A DNA stretch of 64,000 nucleotides from an uncultured Gammaproteobacteria bacterium. Its GTDB lineage: Bacteria; Pseudomonadota; Gammaproteobacteria; JACCXJ01. Location: NCBI GenBank assembly GCA_963764725.1, contig CAVXTM010000005.1, positions 1 to 64,000 on the forward strand, given 5' to 3'. The notes under the pieces are model-generated. The model was not told the origin of the DNA and ran no database searches. It saw only the letters and a list, made by a program, of their open reading frames with translations. Below, one piece after another: positions 30,677-40,712 of the stretch. A program made the position numbers and the translations under genes. The first letter of the stretch is position 1. Every line of letters begins with the position of its first letter.

Positions 30677-31772
30677 ATGCGCAGCGGATATATGAGGCTT
30701 GCGATTAGCGCTATCGTCGCCATGGCGTTAACCGCGGGCCAGCTGGTCATGCCGGAATCGCTAATCGTTGACTATGCCGGGTACGTTGCTATGACCTTGG
30801 CGGGATTGGGGGCGTATATGGTCGTCGAGGGAGTACTGATATTACGACGTACCGCCGCGCAGCGCCCGGGGGAGTCCAAGGGGAGCGCTATACGCATACT
30901 GATGGGCGGCTTCCTGATCCTCCTCATCGCGGTGGCCGACGTTCTACCCTTGCCGCCCGAGATCGGGTCCGCCGCCGAGTCTTATCGATGGATAGCGCTC
31001 GCGGCCCTATCGGTCTATGTGTTCTGCGAGGCGCTCATGGCTAGGCGCCGGTTCGCGGAGACCCTTGGCGCGGATACCAACCAATCCGCGCGGCACGCGC
31101 CACGCGCGGCGGCGAGTGAAACCGGTAAGCCCATTAAAAGGATCCTCGTGCTCTCGGTGTTAATGCTGTTCTTGATCGTCAGTTACAGCAAGGCGATGAC
31201 AGCGGATTTCTTGCCGGCCGGCCTGGCAGCTTATCGGGATGTGGTATTGGCCGCGGTGGCGCTGCTTATCCTGATCGATGCCCTCGTGGCGGTCCGGAAG
31301 CAGCGTGGCGAAAATGTCACCAACCCCGATACGACACAACCTATCAAAGTGCCGCGGCCCCCCAAGCATCCAGGAGGGCGCGGGCTACGGCGAGGTGTTG
31401 GCTTTCCTCTCGCTGTTACAGGAAAAAGGGCGCTTTATCGACTTCGTGATGGAAGACGTCACGCCCTTCAACGACACGCAGGTCGCGGCCGCCTCCCGTG
31501 TCGTGCACCAGGGCTGCGCGGCGGTCATCCGCGAGTATTTTGAGATCTCACCGGTGCACGGCGGTAAGGAAGGGGAGAAATTGACGATCGATAAGGGTGC
31601 GGATCCCGATCACTATCGGCTGGTGGGAAAAGTCGCCGGCGCTGCGCCCTTTCACGGCGTCGTGCTCCATCGAGGATGGAAGACGGCAAAGCTCTCCCTA
31701 CCGCGCTACGCGACGCCGGTCGATCCTTCGGCGCCGAACATTATCACGCCGGTAGAAGTCGAAGTTCGTTGA
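30677..31772 (+). CDS. Membrane-anchored DUF2760 protein, frameshifted at a C6 run (31358-31363)
   Basis: Six TM helices, then in the +1 frame LSLLQEKGRFIDF.MED...SRVVHQGC...HRGWK. Confidence 0.8.
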
Positions 31773-31886
31773 ATCACGCCAGGAGGGGCTCGCCGTTCGC
31801 GCTCGCCCTGCTTGCAACCCACCCGCGGGCGGCATTCTAGGCGGATCTCGTCCGTATAGCCTGGCCACTCGTTTTTAGGTTTGCTT

Positions 31887-33752
31887 ATGAAATATAGCGT
31901 CGGCATCGATCTGGGCACCTCGAACTCGTGTGTTTCGATCTGCGATCTCGATGGCGGTTACCCGGCGACCATCAAAATCGCGCAAGTCTTGGGCCCTAGT
32001 GTGATCGGCGAAAAACTCTTGCTGCCATCGGCGCTGTATTTATCGATCGAGAACGAGTTTGCGCCAGGAAGCTTGGCGCTGCCGTGGAACCCGGATGACG
32101 CCCCTGTCATCGGCGCCTTTGCGCGCGAGCGCGGTGCTTTGGCCCCGGATCGCTTGGTGAGCTCGGCAAAGTCCTGGCTCTGCAATCCGCAGGTGGACCG
32201 TCACGCGCCGATACTGCCGTGGAAATCGGAGATCGAGGAAGGAAAGCTGTCCCCCTTCGAAGCTTCGAGGCGCTACCTTGAGCACCTGCGCCAGGCGCTG
32301 GAGCAAGCGCTAGTGGCGCGTGCTGAGACGGCATCGCTAGGCGACTGCATGATCGTACTTACCGTGCCGGCCTCCTTCGATGAAGTAGCGCGAGAGCTGA
32401 CTCACCAGGCGGCCAGGGAGGCGGGCCTCGGGAACGTGACCCTGCTGGAGGAGCCCCAGGCCGCCTTCTACGCGTGGATTGCGGGGTCCGAAGCGCGGCA
32501 GACGGCGGAACACTGGTCCTCGGAGGTGCGGGCAGGGGATTTGGTCTTGGTCTGCGACGTCGGCGGCGGTACGGCCGATTTTACCCTGATCGCGGTCGCC
32601 GCGGCCGAGGCCGGGCTGTCGCAGGCGCTCGAGCTGCACCGAATCGCGGTCGGCGAGCACATCCTGCTCGGGGGCGATAACATGGACCTGGCGTTGGCGT
32701 ATGCGCTAAAAGACCAGATCTCCGCCGAAGGTCACGAGATCGATCACTGGCAGTTCCTCGCCCTGATCCATGCCGCGCGCGCCGCCAAGGAGCGGCTCCT
32801 GAGCGATGCTGCGATGGCGGAGATCCCGATCGCGGTGCCGACGCGTGGCGCGAGTCTCTTCGCCAAGACCCTCTCGACCACACTGTCGCGCGCTAAGGCG
32901 ATGGCCCTAATCATCGACGGATATTTCCCGAGGACTGCGGTGACCGAGCTTCCCACGGCAAGAAAGTCCGTGGGATTGCAGGAATTCGGTTTGGATTACG
33001 CGACTGAGCCCGCCTTCAGCAAGCACCTGGCGAGGTTTCTGACACGCGCACGCGAGAACGTGCGCTCCGATCCAGCGCTATCGCAATTGCTGGGTGACTG
33101 GGCGCAAAGCGGTGATGCCCCCATCCTACGGCCGAGTGCGGTGCTTTTCAACGGCGGCGTCTTCCACGCCAAGGTCCTGCGCGAGAGGATGTTGGAGGTG
33201 CTCGGCTCGTGGCTGGAACCGGGTGCATCGCTGAAAGAGATCAAGGGGGTGGGCCGCGATACGGCGGTCGCCCTGGGCGCCGCCTACTACGGGGCCGCGC
33301 AGCTCACCGGACGGGGCATCAAGATCCGGGCCGGTACATCGTGTTCGTATTACATCGGTCTGGAGAGTCCCATGCCTGCGGTGCCCGGTTATACGCCACC
33401 CGTCAAGGCGATCTGTATTGTCCCGCAGGGGAGCGAAGAAGGTACGGAATGGGATCTTACCGGCGCCGAGTTCGGTTTGGTTACCGGGGAGCCGGTCGAA
33501 TTCCGGTTCTTCAGCTCGGCGGTGCGCGCCGGAGACCGGATCGGGACGAGGGTCGAGAATGCGGACAAGACCCTGGACGAGACCTCGAGCCTCACCGTCG
33601 CGCTACCGCCGGTCGCGGGCGCGGCGCAGCAGGTGGTGCCGGTAACGCTGAGACCGATCGTGACCGAAGTCGGGACCCTGGAGCTATGGATGTGTCACCG
33701 CCACTCCGATCGTAAGTGGAAACTGGAGTTCAATTTACGTCCGCAAAAGTAA
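31887..33752 (+). CDS. Atypical Hsp70-family protein
   Basis: GIDLGTSNS, TVPASFD, LEEPQAA, DVGGGTAD, LGGDNMD. Confidence 0.92.
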   Translation: MKYSVGIDLGTSNSCVSICDLDGGYPATIKIAQVLGPSVIGEKLLLPSALYLSIENEFAPGSLALPWNPDDAPVIGAFARERGALAPDRLVSSAKSWLCNPQVDRHAPILPWKSEIEEGKLSPFEASRRYLEHLRQALEQALVARAETASLGDCMIVLTVPASFDEVARELTHQAAREAGLGNVTLLEEPQAAFYAWIAGSEARQTAEHWSSEVRAGDLVLVCDVGGGTADFTLIAVAAAEAGLSQALELHRIAVGEHILLGGDNMDLALAYALKDQISAEGHEIDHWQFLALIHAARAAKERLLSDAAMAEIPIAVPTRGASLFAKTLSTTLSRAKAMALIIDGYFPRTAVTELPTARKSVGLQEFGLDYATEPAFSKHLARFLTRARENVRSDPALSQLLGDWAQSGDAPILRPSAVLFNGGVFHAKVLRERMLEVLGSWLEPGASLKEIKGVGRDTAVALGAAYYGAAQLTGRGIKIRAGTSCSYYIGLESPMPAVPGYTPPVKAICIVPQGSEEGTEWDLTGAEFGLVTGEPVEFRFFSSAVRAGDRIGTRVENADKTLDETSSLTVALPPVAGAAQQVVPVTLRPIVTEVGTLELWMCHRHSDRKWKLEFNLRPQK

Positions 33753-36538
33753 CACGCCCGCGTTTTTCCATCGGCATCGACCTTGGGACCACTAACTGTG
33801 TGCTGTCCTATGTCGATCTGAGGGTAAAAAACTCACCTCCACAGGTATTGCCGATCCCGCAACGCCAATCCTTGACTACCGTCGGGCGCGGTTTGCTGTT
33901 GCCGTCGTTCTATTACTTCGTGGCTGAGAGCGAATGCGCCGGCCTGGATGCTTCGGAGCAAGCAGGACCCGGCGCCATCGTGGGCGCCTACGCGCACGCG
34001 CAGATGAGCGCGACGCCGGGGCGAGTGATTCATTCGGCCAAATCCTGGCTCGCGCACCGTGGTATCGACCGCGAGGCTAAGATCCTGCCGTTTGGCTCCG
34101 AGGAAGTCCGGGAGCACGAAAAACTGTCACCGGTGGAAGCGAGCGCATCCTACCTCGCGTATCTGAAAATGGCGTGGAACATGGCGTTCGCCGATGGAGG
34201 CGGCGCGTTTAACAGGCAGCGGATCACCATCACGGTGCCGGCGTCTTTCGATGAAGGGGCACAGGCGTTGACGCGCCAGGCCGCAGGCCTGGCCGGGTAT
34301 CCGGAGGAAGTCAGGCTGCTCGAGGAACCGCAGGCGGCGTTTTATTCCTGGACCGAAGCGGCGGCACGCAAGCGCTCCATGACCATGGCGGCGCCTTATA
34401 TAGAGCTGCTGCCGGATCTCGCCGAGCGCGATCAGACCGTGCTCGTATGCGACATCGGGGGCGGCACCACCGACTTGAGCCTGTTTCGGCTGGCGCGCGA
34501 GCCCGCGGATTTTCTGGAGATCGAGCGGATCGCGGTGAGCGATCACCTTCTCTTGGGCGGCGACAACATCGATCTCGCCATCGCCCACGCGCTGGAGCGG
34601 CGCGTGTTAGGGGATCCTGCGGCGCGTTTGTCCCGGCGCCAGTGGCAGCATTTGGTTCCGCAAGCCGCGGCGCTCAAGGAGCGCTTGCTAGAAACCGAGG
34701 GTCCGGTGGAGGCGATCTATCATGTTTCGGTGCCGGGGGAGGGTTCGAGTTTGTTTGCGTCGGCGTTGAGCGCGACGCTCTCACGAGCGCAACTGCATGA
34801 GCTGATTCTGGAGGGGTTTTTTCCTTACACCGAGCGTGGCGATCGGCCGCGCGCGCGGCAGATCGGTCTGCGCGAAATCGGGCTGCCTTACGCGGCCGAT
34901 TCGGCGGTAAGCCGGCACCTTGCGGGCTTCCTCAACGGCGCCGAGGTCCAGGCGGTCCTATTCGCGGGCGGCACCTTGTCGCCGCGTTTTCTTCAGGAGC
35001 GCGTGCTGTCGATTATTGCCGCTTGGCAAGCGCACCGTCCCGTGGGGCTTACGCTCGCTGACATGAGCTCCGCCATCGCCCGAGGCGCCGCCTATTTCGG
35101 CGCCCTGGCGGCGCGGTCGCGGCGGCGCATCCGGGCCGGTTATGCGCGCAGCGTCTATCTGGAGCTGCAACGGGGCGAGGGGGGCGCCATCCCCGACCTA
35201 ATTTGTGTATTACCGCAAGGGTTCCAAGAAGGCGGGCGGGTCAGTCTCGCCGCGCATAGCTTCAAGGTCTTGCTAAACAAGCCGGTTCGCTTCGCCGCCT
35301 ACACCTCGACCCACCGGAGCGGCGATCGCCCCGGCGCGATTGTGCGTTTAACAGAGGGCAATTTTTCCCCGCTCCCGCCGCTCCACACCACCCTGACGCT
35401 CGCGGATCGGGACTTCGATCCGCGCACCGCCCGCGCGATTAACGTCGCTGTCACACTCGAGGTGGAGCTGAACGCATTAGGAGTCTTGCAGCTCGCACTC
35501 GTCAATCGCGACCGCTCGAAGCGTTGGCAGCTGGAGTTCAACCTGCGGTCCGCGGGCGCCGAAAGTCCGCGCGAGGCCCTCGCGGGTGATGTGGGCGCGG
35601 CGCCCGAAGCGCTTGCGCATGGAATCGATAAAATCGAGCGATTTTACGGTAAGAAGCAGGATCTTGCCGAGAAGGAGGATGTCAAGGGAGTGGTGAAGGA
35701 CCTCGAGCGAATCTTCAGCCAGGAGCGTGCGCAGTGGAATCTTTTCCTGTTACGTTCCTTGTGGCAGGCGCTCTATCCCGGGATGACCCGACGCGGCCGA
35801 TCGCTCGCACACGAGAACACCTGGCTTTACCTTGCCGGGTTTACTCTCCGCCCCGGTTTCGGGAGCGAGCTTGACGCCTGGCGCATGTCGCAAATCTGGG
35901 GCTGTTTCAATCTTGGCCTCAGCCACAAAAATGAGAAGAGCGCACAGTCCAACTGGTGGATGATGTGGCGGCGCGTGGCCGGGGGGCTTTCCGCAGAACA
36001 GCAAATGAGTCTTTACACTACGGCTCTGCCGCTGCTTAAACGCGGACCGCAGGAATTTTCCGAAGGTACGCGCTTGCTTGGCTCTCTGGAACGCCTGCCG
36101 GTCAGCGAGAAGACCGAGCTTGTCGAGTATTTATTTGATCTCCTACTCAAGGGCAAGGCTAGGAATCAACCCCATCTTTTCTGGGCGCTAGCACGGCTAC
36201 TTAGCCGTGTGCCGCTCTACACGTCGGCCGACACTGTGATCCCCGCGGCGGTGGTGGAGGAATACTTCTTAAAGCTAAGGGCGCTCGGTTGGAAGCGCCA
36301 AGGATTGCAGCCGCTCGTGGCTGTGTTCTCGAGTGCTTGCCGTGTGACTGGCGCCCGTGCATTGGACATCCACGACCGCATACGCGAGGAACTTGTTGAG
36401 AAGTTAAAGCGGGAGGGGGCGAAAGAGCTTCAGTGGCAAATCGTCCGAGAGCATCACCCAGTCTCAAGCGAGGAGCGGAATTTTCTCTTCGGAGAGGAAT
36501 TGCCCATAGGCTTGCAACTGGTTGAGGGCGACGTTTAA
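33716..36538 (+). CDS. Atypical Hsp70-family protein with C-terminal DUF3731-like domain
   Basis: GIDLGTTN, DIGGGTTD, WLYLAGFTLRPGFG..LD.WR, WWMMWRRVAGGL. Confidence 0.9.
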   Translation: METGVQFTSAKVTRPRFSIGIDLGTTNCVLSYVDLRVKNSPPQVLPIPQRQSLTTVGRGLLLPSFYYFVAESECAGLDASEQAGPGAIVGAYAHAQMSATPGRVIHSAKSWLAHRGIDREAKILPFGSEEVREHEKLSPVEASASYLAYLKMAWNMAFADGGGAFNRQRITITVPASFDEGAQALTRQAAGLAGYPEEVRLLEEPQAAFYSWTEAAARKRSMTMAAPYIELLPDLAERDQTVLVCDIGGGTTDLSLFRLAREPADFLEIERIAVSDHLLLGGDNIDLAIAHALERRVLGDPAARLSRRQWQHLVPQAAALKERLLETEGPVEAIYHVSVPGEGSSLFASALSATLSRAQLHELILEGFFPYTERGDRPRARQIGLREIGLPYAADSAVSRHLAGFLNGAEVQAVLFAGGTLSPRFLQERVLSIIAAWQAHRPVGLTLADMSSAIARGAAYFGALAARSRRRIRAGYARSVYLELQRGEGGAIPDLICVLPQGFQEGGRVSLAAHSFKVLLNKPVRFAAYTSTHRSGDRPGAIVRLTEGNFSPLPPLHTTLTLADRDFDPRTARAINVAVTLEVELNALGVLQLALVNRDRSKRWQLEFNLRSAGAESPREALAGDVGAAPEALAHGIDKIERFYGKKQDLAEKEDVKGVVKDLERIFSQERAQWNLFLLRSLWQALYPGMTRRGRSLAHENTWLYLAGFTLRPGFGSELDAWRMSQIWGCFNLGLSHKNEKSAQSNWWMMWRRVAGGLSAEQQMSLYTTALPLLKRGPQEFSEGTRLLGSLERLPVSEKTELVEYLFDLLLKGKARNQPHLFWALARLLSRVPLYTSADTVIPAAVVEEYFLKLRALGWKRQGLQPLVAVFSSACRVTGARALDIHDRIREELVEKLKREGAKELQWQIVREHHPVSSEERNFLFGEELPIGLQLVEGDV

Positions 36539-36682
36539 TCGCGGATCGCTGCCCAAGTCATCCGACAATCTCCGAAGTCTGAGGCTTCGCCAGGGTAGGA
36601 CCTACGGCGGGGACTATTTCTGCCGATAGTTGCCGGGTATTACGGCGATCCGCGCCGCGATCAAAAGCCTAGGGAAACAACA

Positions 36683-39574
36683 ATGGGTAAGGATACACTC
36701 GTCTTCGACTCCGTTCTGCAGACCTTTATTCCACTAAACCGCCTGACGCCGGAGGCGCAACGTGCGCTTTTGGAGCGCACCGAGGTTATTCCCTACGAAC
36801 CGGGATGTCCTGTCTTCCGCGAGGGCGACCGGGATAGCTATGCTTATTATTTGCTTGAAGGCGACCTCGATCTTTGCTGTGACGGGCAGGTGGTAAGCCG
36901 CCTCCGCGGCGGCACTCCCGAGGCCGCGCATGCGCTCGCGCAGTTGCAACCGCGGCAGCTCACCGCGATTCCGACGACGGCTGTACGGATTCTACGCTTG
37001 GAGCGGCAGCACCTCGTGTCTGCGCTGGATCTAGATGAGGCGCGCCGGGCGGGAGATGATTCCGTGCAGGTCAACGATATAACCTGCGAAATCGCCATGG
37101 ATTGGATGACGCGAATGCTTCAATCAGGCGTATTTTCGCGCTTGCCGGTGGCGAATTTACAGCGGATTTTTGCCCTGTTCGAGTCCATCGACGTTGCCGC
37201 AGGCGACCTGGTCGTGAGCCAAGGGCAGCCTGGAGACTATTACTACGTGGTTCAGGAGGGGCGTTTTGAGGTACTTCGGCATTTATCCGGTAGCCAACAG
37301 AGCGTCAGGCTGGCAACCCTCAAACCGGGCGAACCCTTCGGCGAGGAAGCGCTGATTTCGGGAGGGCTTCGCAACGCTAGTGTCAAATCCCTTACCGACG
37401 GCAAGTTGATGCGGCTCGGCAAGTCCGATTTTATCGAACTCATTAAGAAGCCGATAGTGCCAACCATCACGCTCGATGCGGCTCGTGATTGGGTGACGGG
37501 CGGGGCCACCTGGCTGGACGCCCGTTATCCGGACGAGCATGCCGAAGGGGCCGTGCCTGGCAGCATGAATGTTCCGTTGCACGTTGTCCGTTCCTATGCG
37601 GCCTCACTCAACCGAGATAAACGTTACCTGATCTATTGCGGTACCGGTATCGAGAGTTCCATTGTCACCTTTTCGTTAGCAGAACTCGGTTTTGAGGCCG
37701 CTTATCTCGAGGGAGGACTCCAGCGGTATCCACTCGATCGGATCCGCTCCATACTTCCAAAGGATACCGGGTTGACGATTGCTGATGCGGCGGCGACCCG
37801 CGACACCGCGGCCGCAACTGGTGTGAGTGCGGGTCTCGATCTCGCCGAAGACGCGGAAGTACAAGCCTCCTTGCTACGGGCGAAGCTTTCGCAGGCCCAG
37901 CTCGAGCTGCAAGATGCCCTGCGCCTGAAGCAAGAAGCGGAGGCCTCCCGGGAGGCTGCCGAGCGGGAAACCGAAGAACGGCTGAAGGCCGAGCGAAGCT
38001 GGCACCTCTTGGGCGAAGCGGCGCGGGCCAACGCGCTCATCGCCGAAGCGCAGACGACGCGTCAAGAGATTGAAGAGGCCAAGCGCAAGGCCGAGTCCGA
38101 AGCGCAGAGCATTCGACGCGAGGCCGAGGAACATGCCCGCCGACTGAAAGCCGAAATAGAGGTGCGCGTGCGTGCCAAAAAGCGCGAGCTGAAGTCGGCG
38201 GCCGCCGCCAACAACGAGGAGTTGGCGCGCATCCAACGCCTACAGGAAGAAGCCGAGGCGCAGATTCGATCTGAGCGGCAACGTTTGGCGGCGGAAACCG
38301 CGGAGGTCGAGGCGCGTGTACAAGAAGCGCGCCGTTACAGGGAAGAGGTGGAGTCCGCCTTAAGCACTGCCGAGGAGGGCACGCAAGGCATCTTGCAAGC
38401 GGAAAGGGAACGGGTCGCCGCCGAAATGGAGCGCGCCAACACCTTACTTGCTAACGCCGAGACGATGAAACGGGAGGTCGAAGCAGCAAAGGGTGTTGCC
38501 GAGGAGGAAGCGCAGCGGGTGCGGTTGCAAGAAGAGGATCGGATCAATGCGCTCAAACGGGAGGTTGAGGAAAGGCTGCGCGATAAAGAGCAAAGGCTGG
38601 ACACGATCCATGCGGCCAAATCCGCGGAGCTCGCGCGCATCCACAAACTCAAAGAGGAAGTCGCGAGAAAGCTAAATGAGGAGAGGCAGAGGTTGGGGCG
38701 GGAAGCGATGGAGGCGAAAGAGCGGCTCGCTGAAGCCCAACGCATGGAGAAGGCGCTGGCCAAATCGCGCATGCAAGCGGCCCAGGAGATCGAGGAGAAG
38801 CATCAGCATCTTATGAACCTAGAGCAGGGTCTCCGCGAAGAGGTCAAGCAGCAGCTCAACGCGGAGCAGCAGCGCCTAGACGCCGAATTTGCTAAAGCCG
38901 CCGAGGAGTTGCGCCAAGCGCAGCAGGCGCGGGAAGCTACCGAGGAGACGCGCCGCGCGGTCGCGGAGGATGCGCAACGAAAGATTGCGGAGATCCGCGC
39001 CAACTTTGAGCGCATGCATCACGAGGAACAGGCCAGGTTACAGGTTGAACGGCAGCGCTTGGAAGCAGAAGCTCTGCGGATTCAAGGCGTTATGGAACAA
39101 GCGCGAAGCTTAAAAGCCGATGCTGATTTGGCGCGATCGGCGGCCGAACAGGAGGTCGCGCGGCTGAGAACGATGCGGAAAGACGCGTTGACGGCCGACT
39201 CGAAAGATGCGCAGCAGGTCATTGATGGTAGAATCAGAAACCTGGAGGAACGCGTTACCCAGGCCGACGCGCAGGCCAGCGCCGCCGCCAAGGCCGAGGA
39301 TATTGCTGCGACCGCTATAGAGGTGAACGCAGCGGAACTGGAACGTCAACAAGCTGCGGAACAGCGCCTCCGGGAGCAGGTCGAGTTGGAGGTCGAGGAA
39401 TGGCGACAGGACCAGGAGGCCATTGGTAATTCGCCGGAACAGCAGGCGCTGGTGGCGCTCCGCGATGCTCAGATCATGCGCGTCAACCAGCGAGCCGCGG
39501 CGGCGCTCGAACAGACCGTGGAACATGACCGGCGGCTCATCGATGAGCTACGGGGGATCGCCGTTAAACACTGA
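36683..39574 (+). CDS. Tandem cNMP-binding domains + rhodanese + long coiled coil
   Basis: FREGD/QGQPGD..Y and FGEEAL...RNASV; LDAR...E...G..PGS.N.P, YCGTG; roughly 570 aa E/A/R/Q-rich tail. Confidence 0.85.
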   Translation: MGKDTLVFDSVLQTFIPLNRLTPEAQRALLERTEVIPYEPGCPVFREGDRDSYAYYLLEGDLDLCCDGQVVSRLRGGTPEAAHALAQLQPRQLTAIPTTAVRILRLERQHLVSALDLDEARRAGDDSVQVNDITCEIAMDWMTRMLQSGVFSRLPVANLQRIFALFESIDVAAGDLVVSQGQPGDYYYVVQEGRFEVLRHLSGSQQSVRLATLKPGEPFGEEALISGGLRNASVKSLTDGKLMRLGKSDFIELIKKPIVPTITLDAARDWVTGGATWLDARYPDEHAEGAVPGSMNVPLHVVRSYAASLNRDKRYLIYCGTGIESSIVTFSLAELGFEAAYLEGGLQRYPLDRIRSILPKDTGLTIADAAATRDTAAATGVSAGLDLAEDAEVQASLLRAKLSQAQLELQDALRLKQEAEASREAAERETEERLKAERSWHLLGEAARANALIAEAQTTRQEIEEAKRKAESEAQSIRREAEEHARRLKAEIEVRVRAKKRELKSAAAANNEELARIQRLQEEAEAQIRSERQRLAAETAEVEARVQEARRYREEVESALSTAEEGTQGILQAERERVAAEMERANTLLANAETMKREVEAAKGVAEEEAQRVRLQEEDRINALKREVEERLRDKEQRLDTIHAAKSAELARIHKLKEEVARKLNEERQRLGREAMEAKERLAEAQRMEKALAKSRMQAAQEIEEKHQHLMNLEQGLREEVKQQLNAEQQRLDAEFAKAAEELRQAQQAREATEETRRAVAEDAQRKIAEIRANFERMHHEEQARLQVERQRLEAEALRIQGVMEQARSLKADADLARSAAEQEVARLRTMRKDALTADSKDAQQVIDGRIRNLEERVTQADAQASAAAKAEDIAATAIEVNAAELERQQAAEQRLREQVELEVEEWRQDQEAIGNSPEQQALVALRDAQIMRVNQRAAAALEQTVEHDRRLIDELRGIAVKH

Positions 39575-39639
39575 CACGCTTGCGCGGCGCTTGGTTGGAG
39601 CTGGTCGCAGAAGAACGTTGGTGAAGAAATAGCATTGCC

Positions 39640-40509
39640 ATGGGGTTGGATATCCACGCTACGCGCTTGCTCCTGTATGCGCGCGGACTGGGCGTTTCGT
39701 ATCGAGAGACGGCCATGGTCGGGCGGCAAACACTCCATTTGAGCTCGCGCGAGTTGTATAAGCTTTTTGGGCAGTTCGGTTATCCAGTCACGGTGGCCGC
39801 CGTAAACGATTTGTTTCTCCGAAATCAGGGTTTTGCGGAACCGCTTTTCGATCTCTTAGGCGCGGAGCACATCCGTTCTCTTGATGCCTCTGATTACGAA
39901 CAGGCAACGGACATCGTCGATTTAAACGCGCCGATCGACGAGTCATACAAGAACATATTTTCCGTGGTAATCGACAGCGGCTCTCTGGAACACGTGTTTA
40001 ATTTTCCCGTCGCGATCAAGAGCTGTATGCAAATGGTTGAGCCGGGCGGGCATTTTATCGGGGTCGTTCCTGGTAACAATTTTCTGGGGCATGGTTTCTA
40101 TCAGTTCAGCCCCGATCTTTTCTATCGGATTTTCACGCAAGCAAACGGATTTGCCGTCATTAAGATGTTCGTCTTCGAGGACTGGGCGGGAGCAACTTGG
40201 TTTGAGGTCGCGGACCCCGATCGCGTCAAGCGCCGGGTCGAACTTACCAACTCCCGCCCGACCTATCTTGCCGTGATCGCCAAGAAGCTTCGGGGCGCGG
40301 AGATATTCGCGACGGGCGTCTATCAAAGCGACTACGCGACGCTTTGGAAACATGACGCCAGCCCCGCAGAGGCCTACCTAAGAAAACTCGGGCGGCAGTT
40401 TATGAATCTGATTCCTACGCGACTAAGAGTGTACTACGGACGGGTGCAACGCAGGGGGCTGCTTAGCCGTCTCCATCCAAAGCTGTATACGAAGGCCGAT
40501 ATTCCCTGA
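39640..40509 (+). CDS. Class I SAM-dependent methyltransferase-like protein
   Basis: SLDASDYE, VDLN, DSGSLEHVFN, PGG.F, HGFYQFSP. Confidence 0.7.
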   Translation: MGLDIHATRLLLYARGLGVSYRETAMVGRQTLHLSSRELYKLFGQFGYPVTVAAVNDLFLRNQGFAEPLFDLLGAEHIRSLDASDYEQATDIVDLNAPIDESYKNIFSVVIDSGSLEHVFNFPVAIKSCMQMVEPGGHFIGVVPGNNFLGHGFYQFSPDLFYRIFTQANGFAVIKMFVFEDWAGATWFEVADPDRVKRRVELTNSRPTYLAVIAKKLRGAEIFATGVYQSDYATLWKHDASPAEAYLRKLGRQFMNLIPTRLRVYYGRVQRRGLLSRLHPKLYTKADIP

Positions 40510-40712
40510 TTTATTTTCGCCGCCTGGCCGCGCGTCATGACGAATAATTCTCCTTACGCCAATCCCGGATCTGTTACACGAAAAACCGGCGCAGTGCCGC
40601 GATTGTGCTTCGCGGCTAGAATACACTTGCCGCTAAATCAAACTGCCTTCTATCCTAAGAACGATGCAACTGTGGATGTTAAGCTGAACGTCTGCCGCAT
40701 GGTGGGGTGTCT

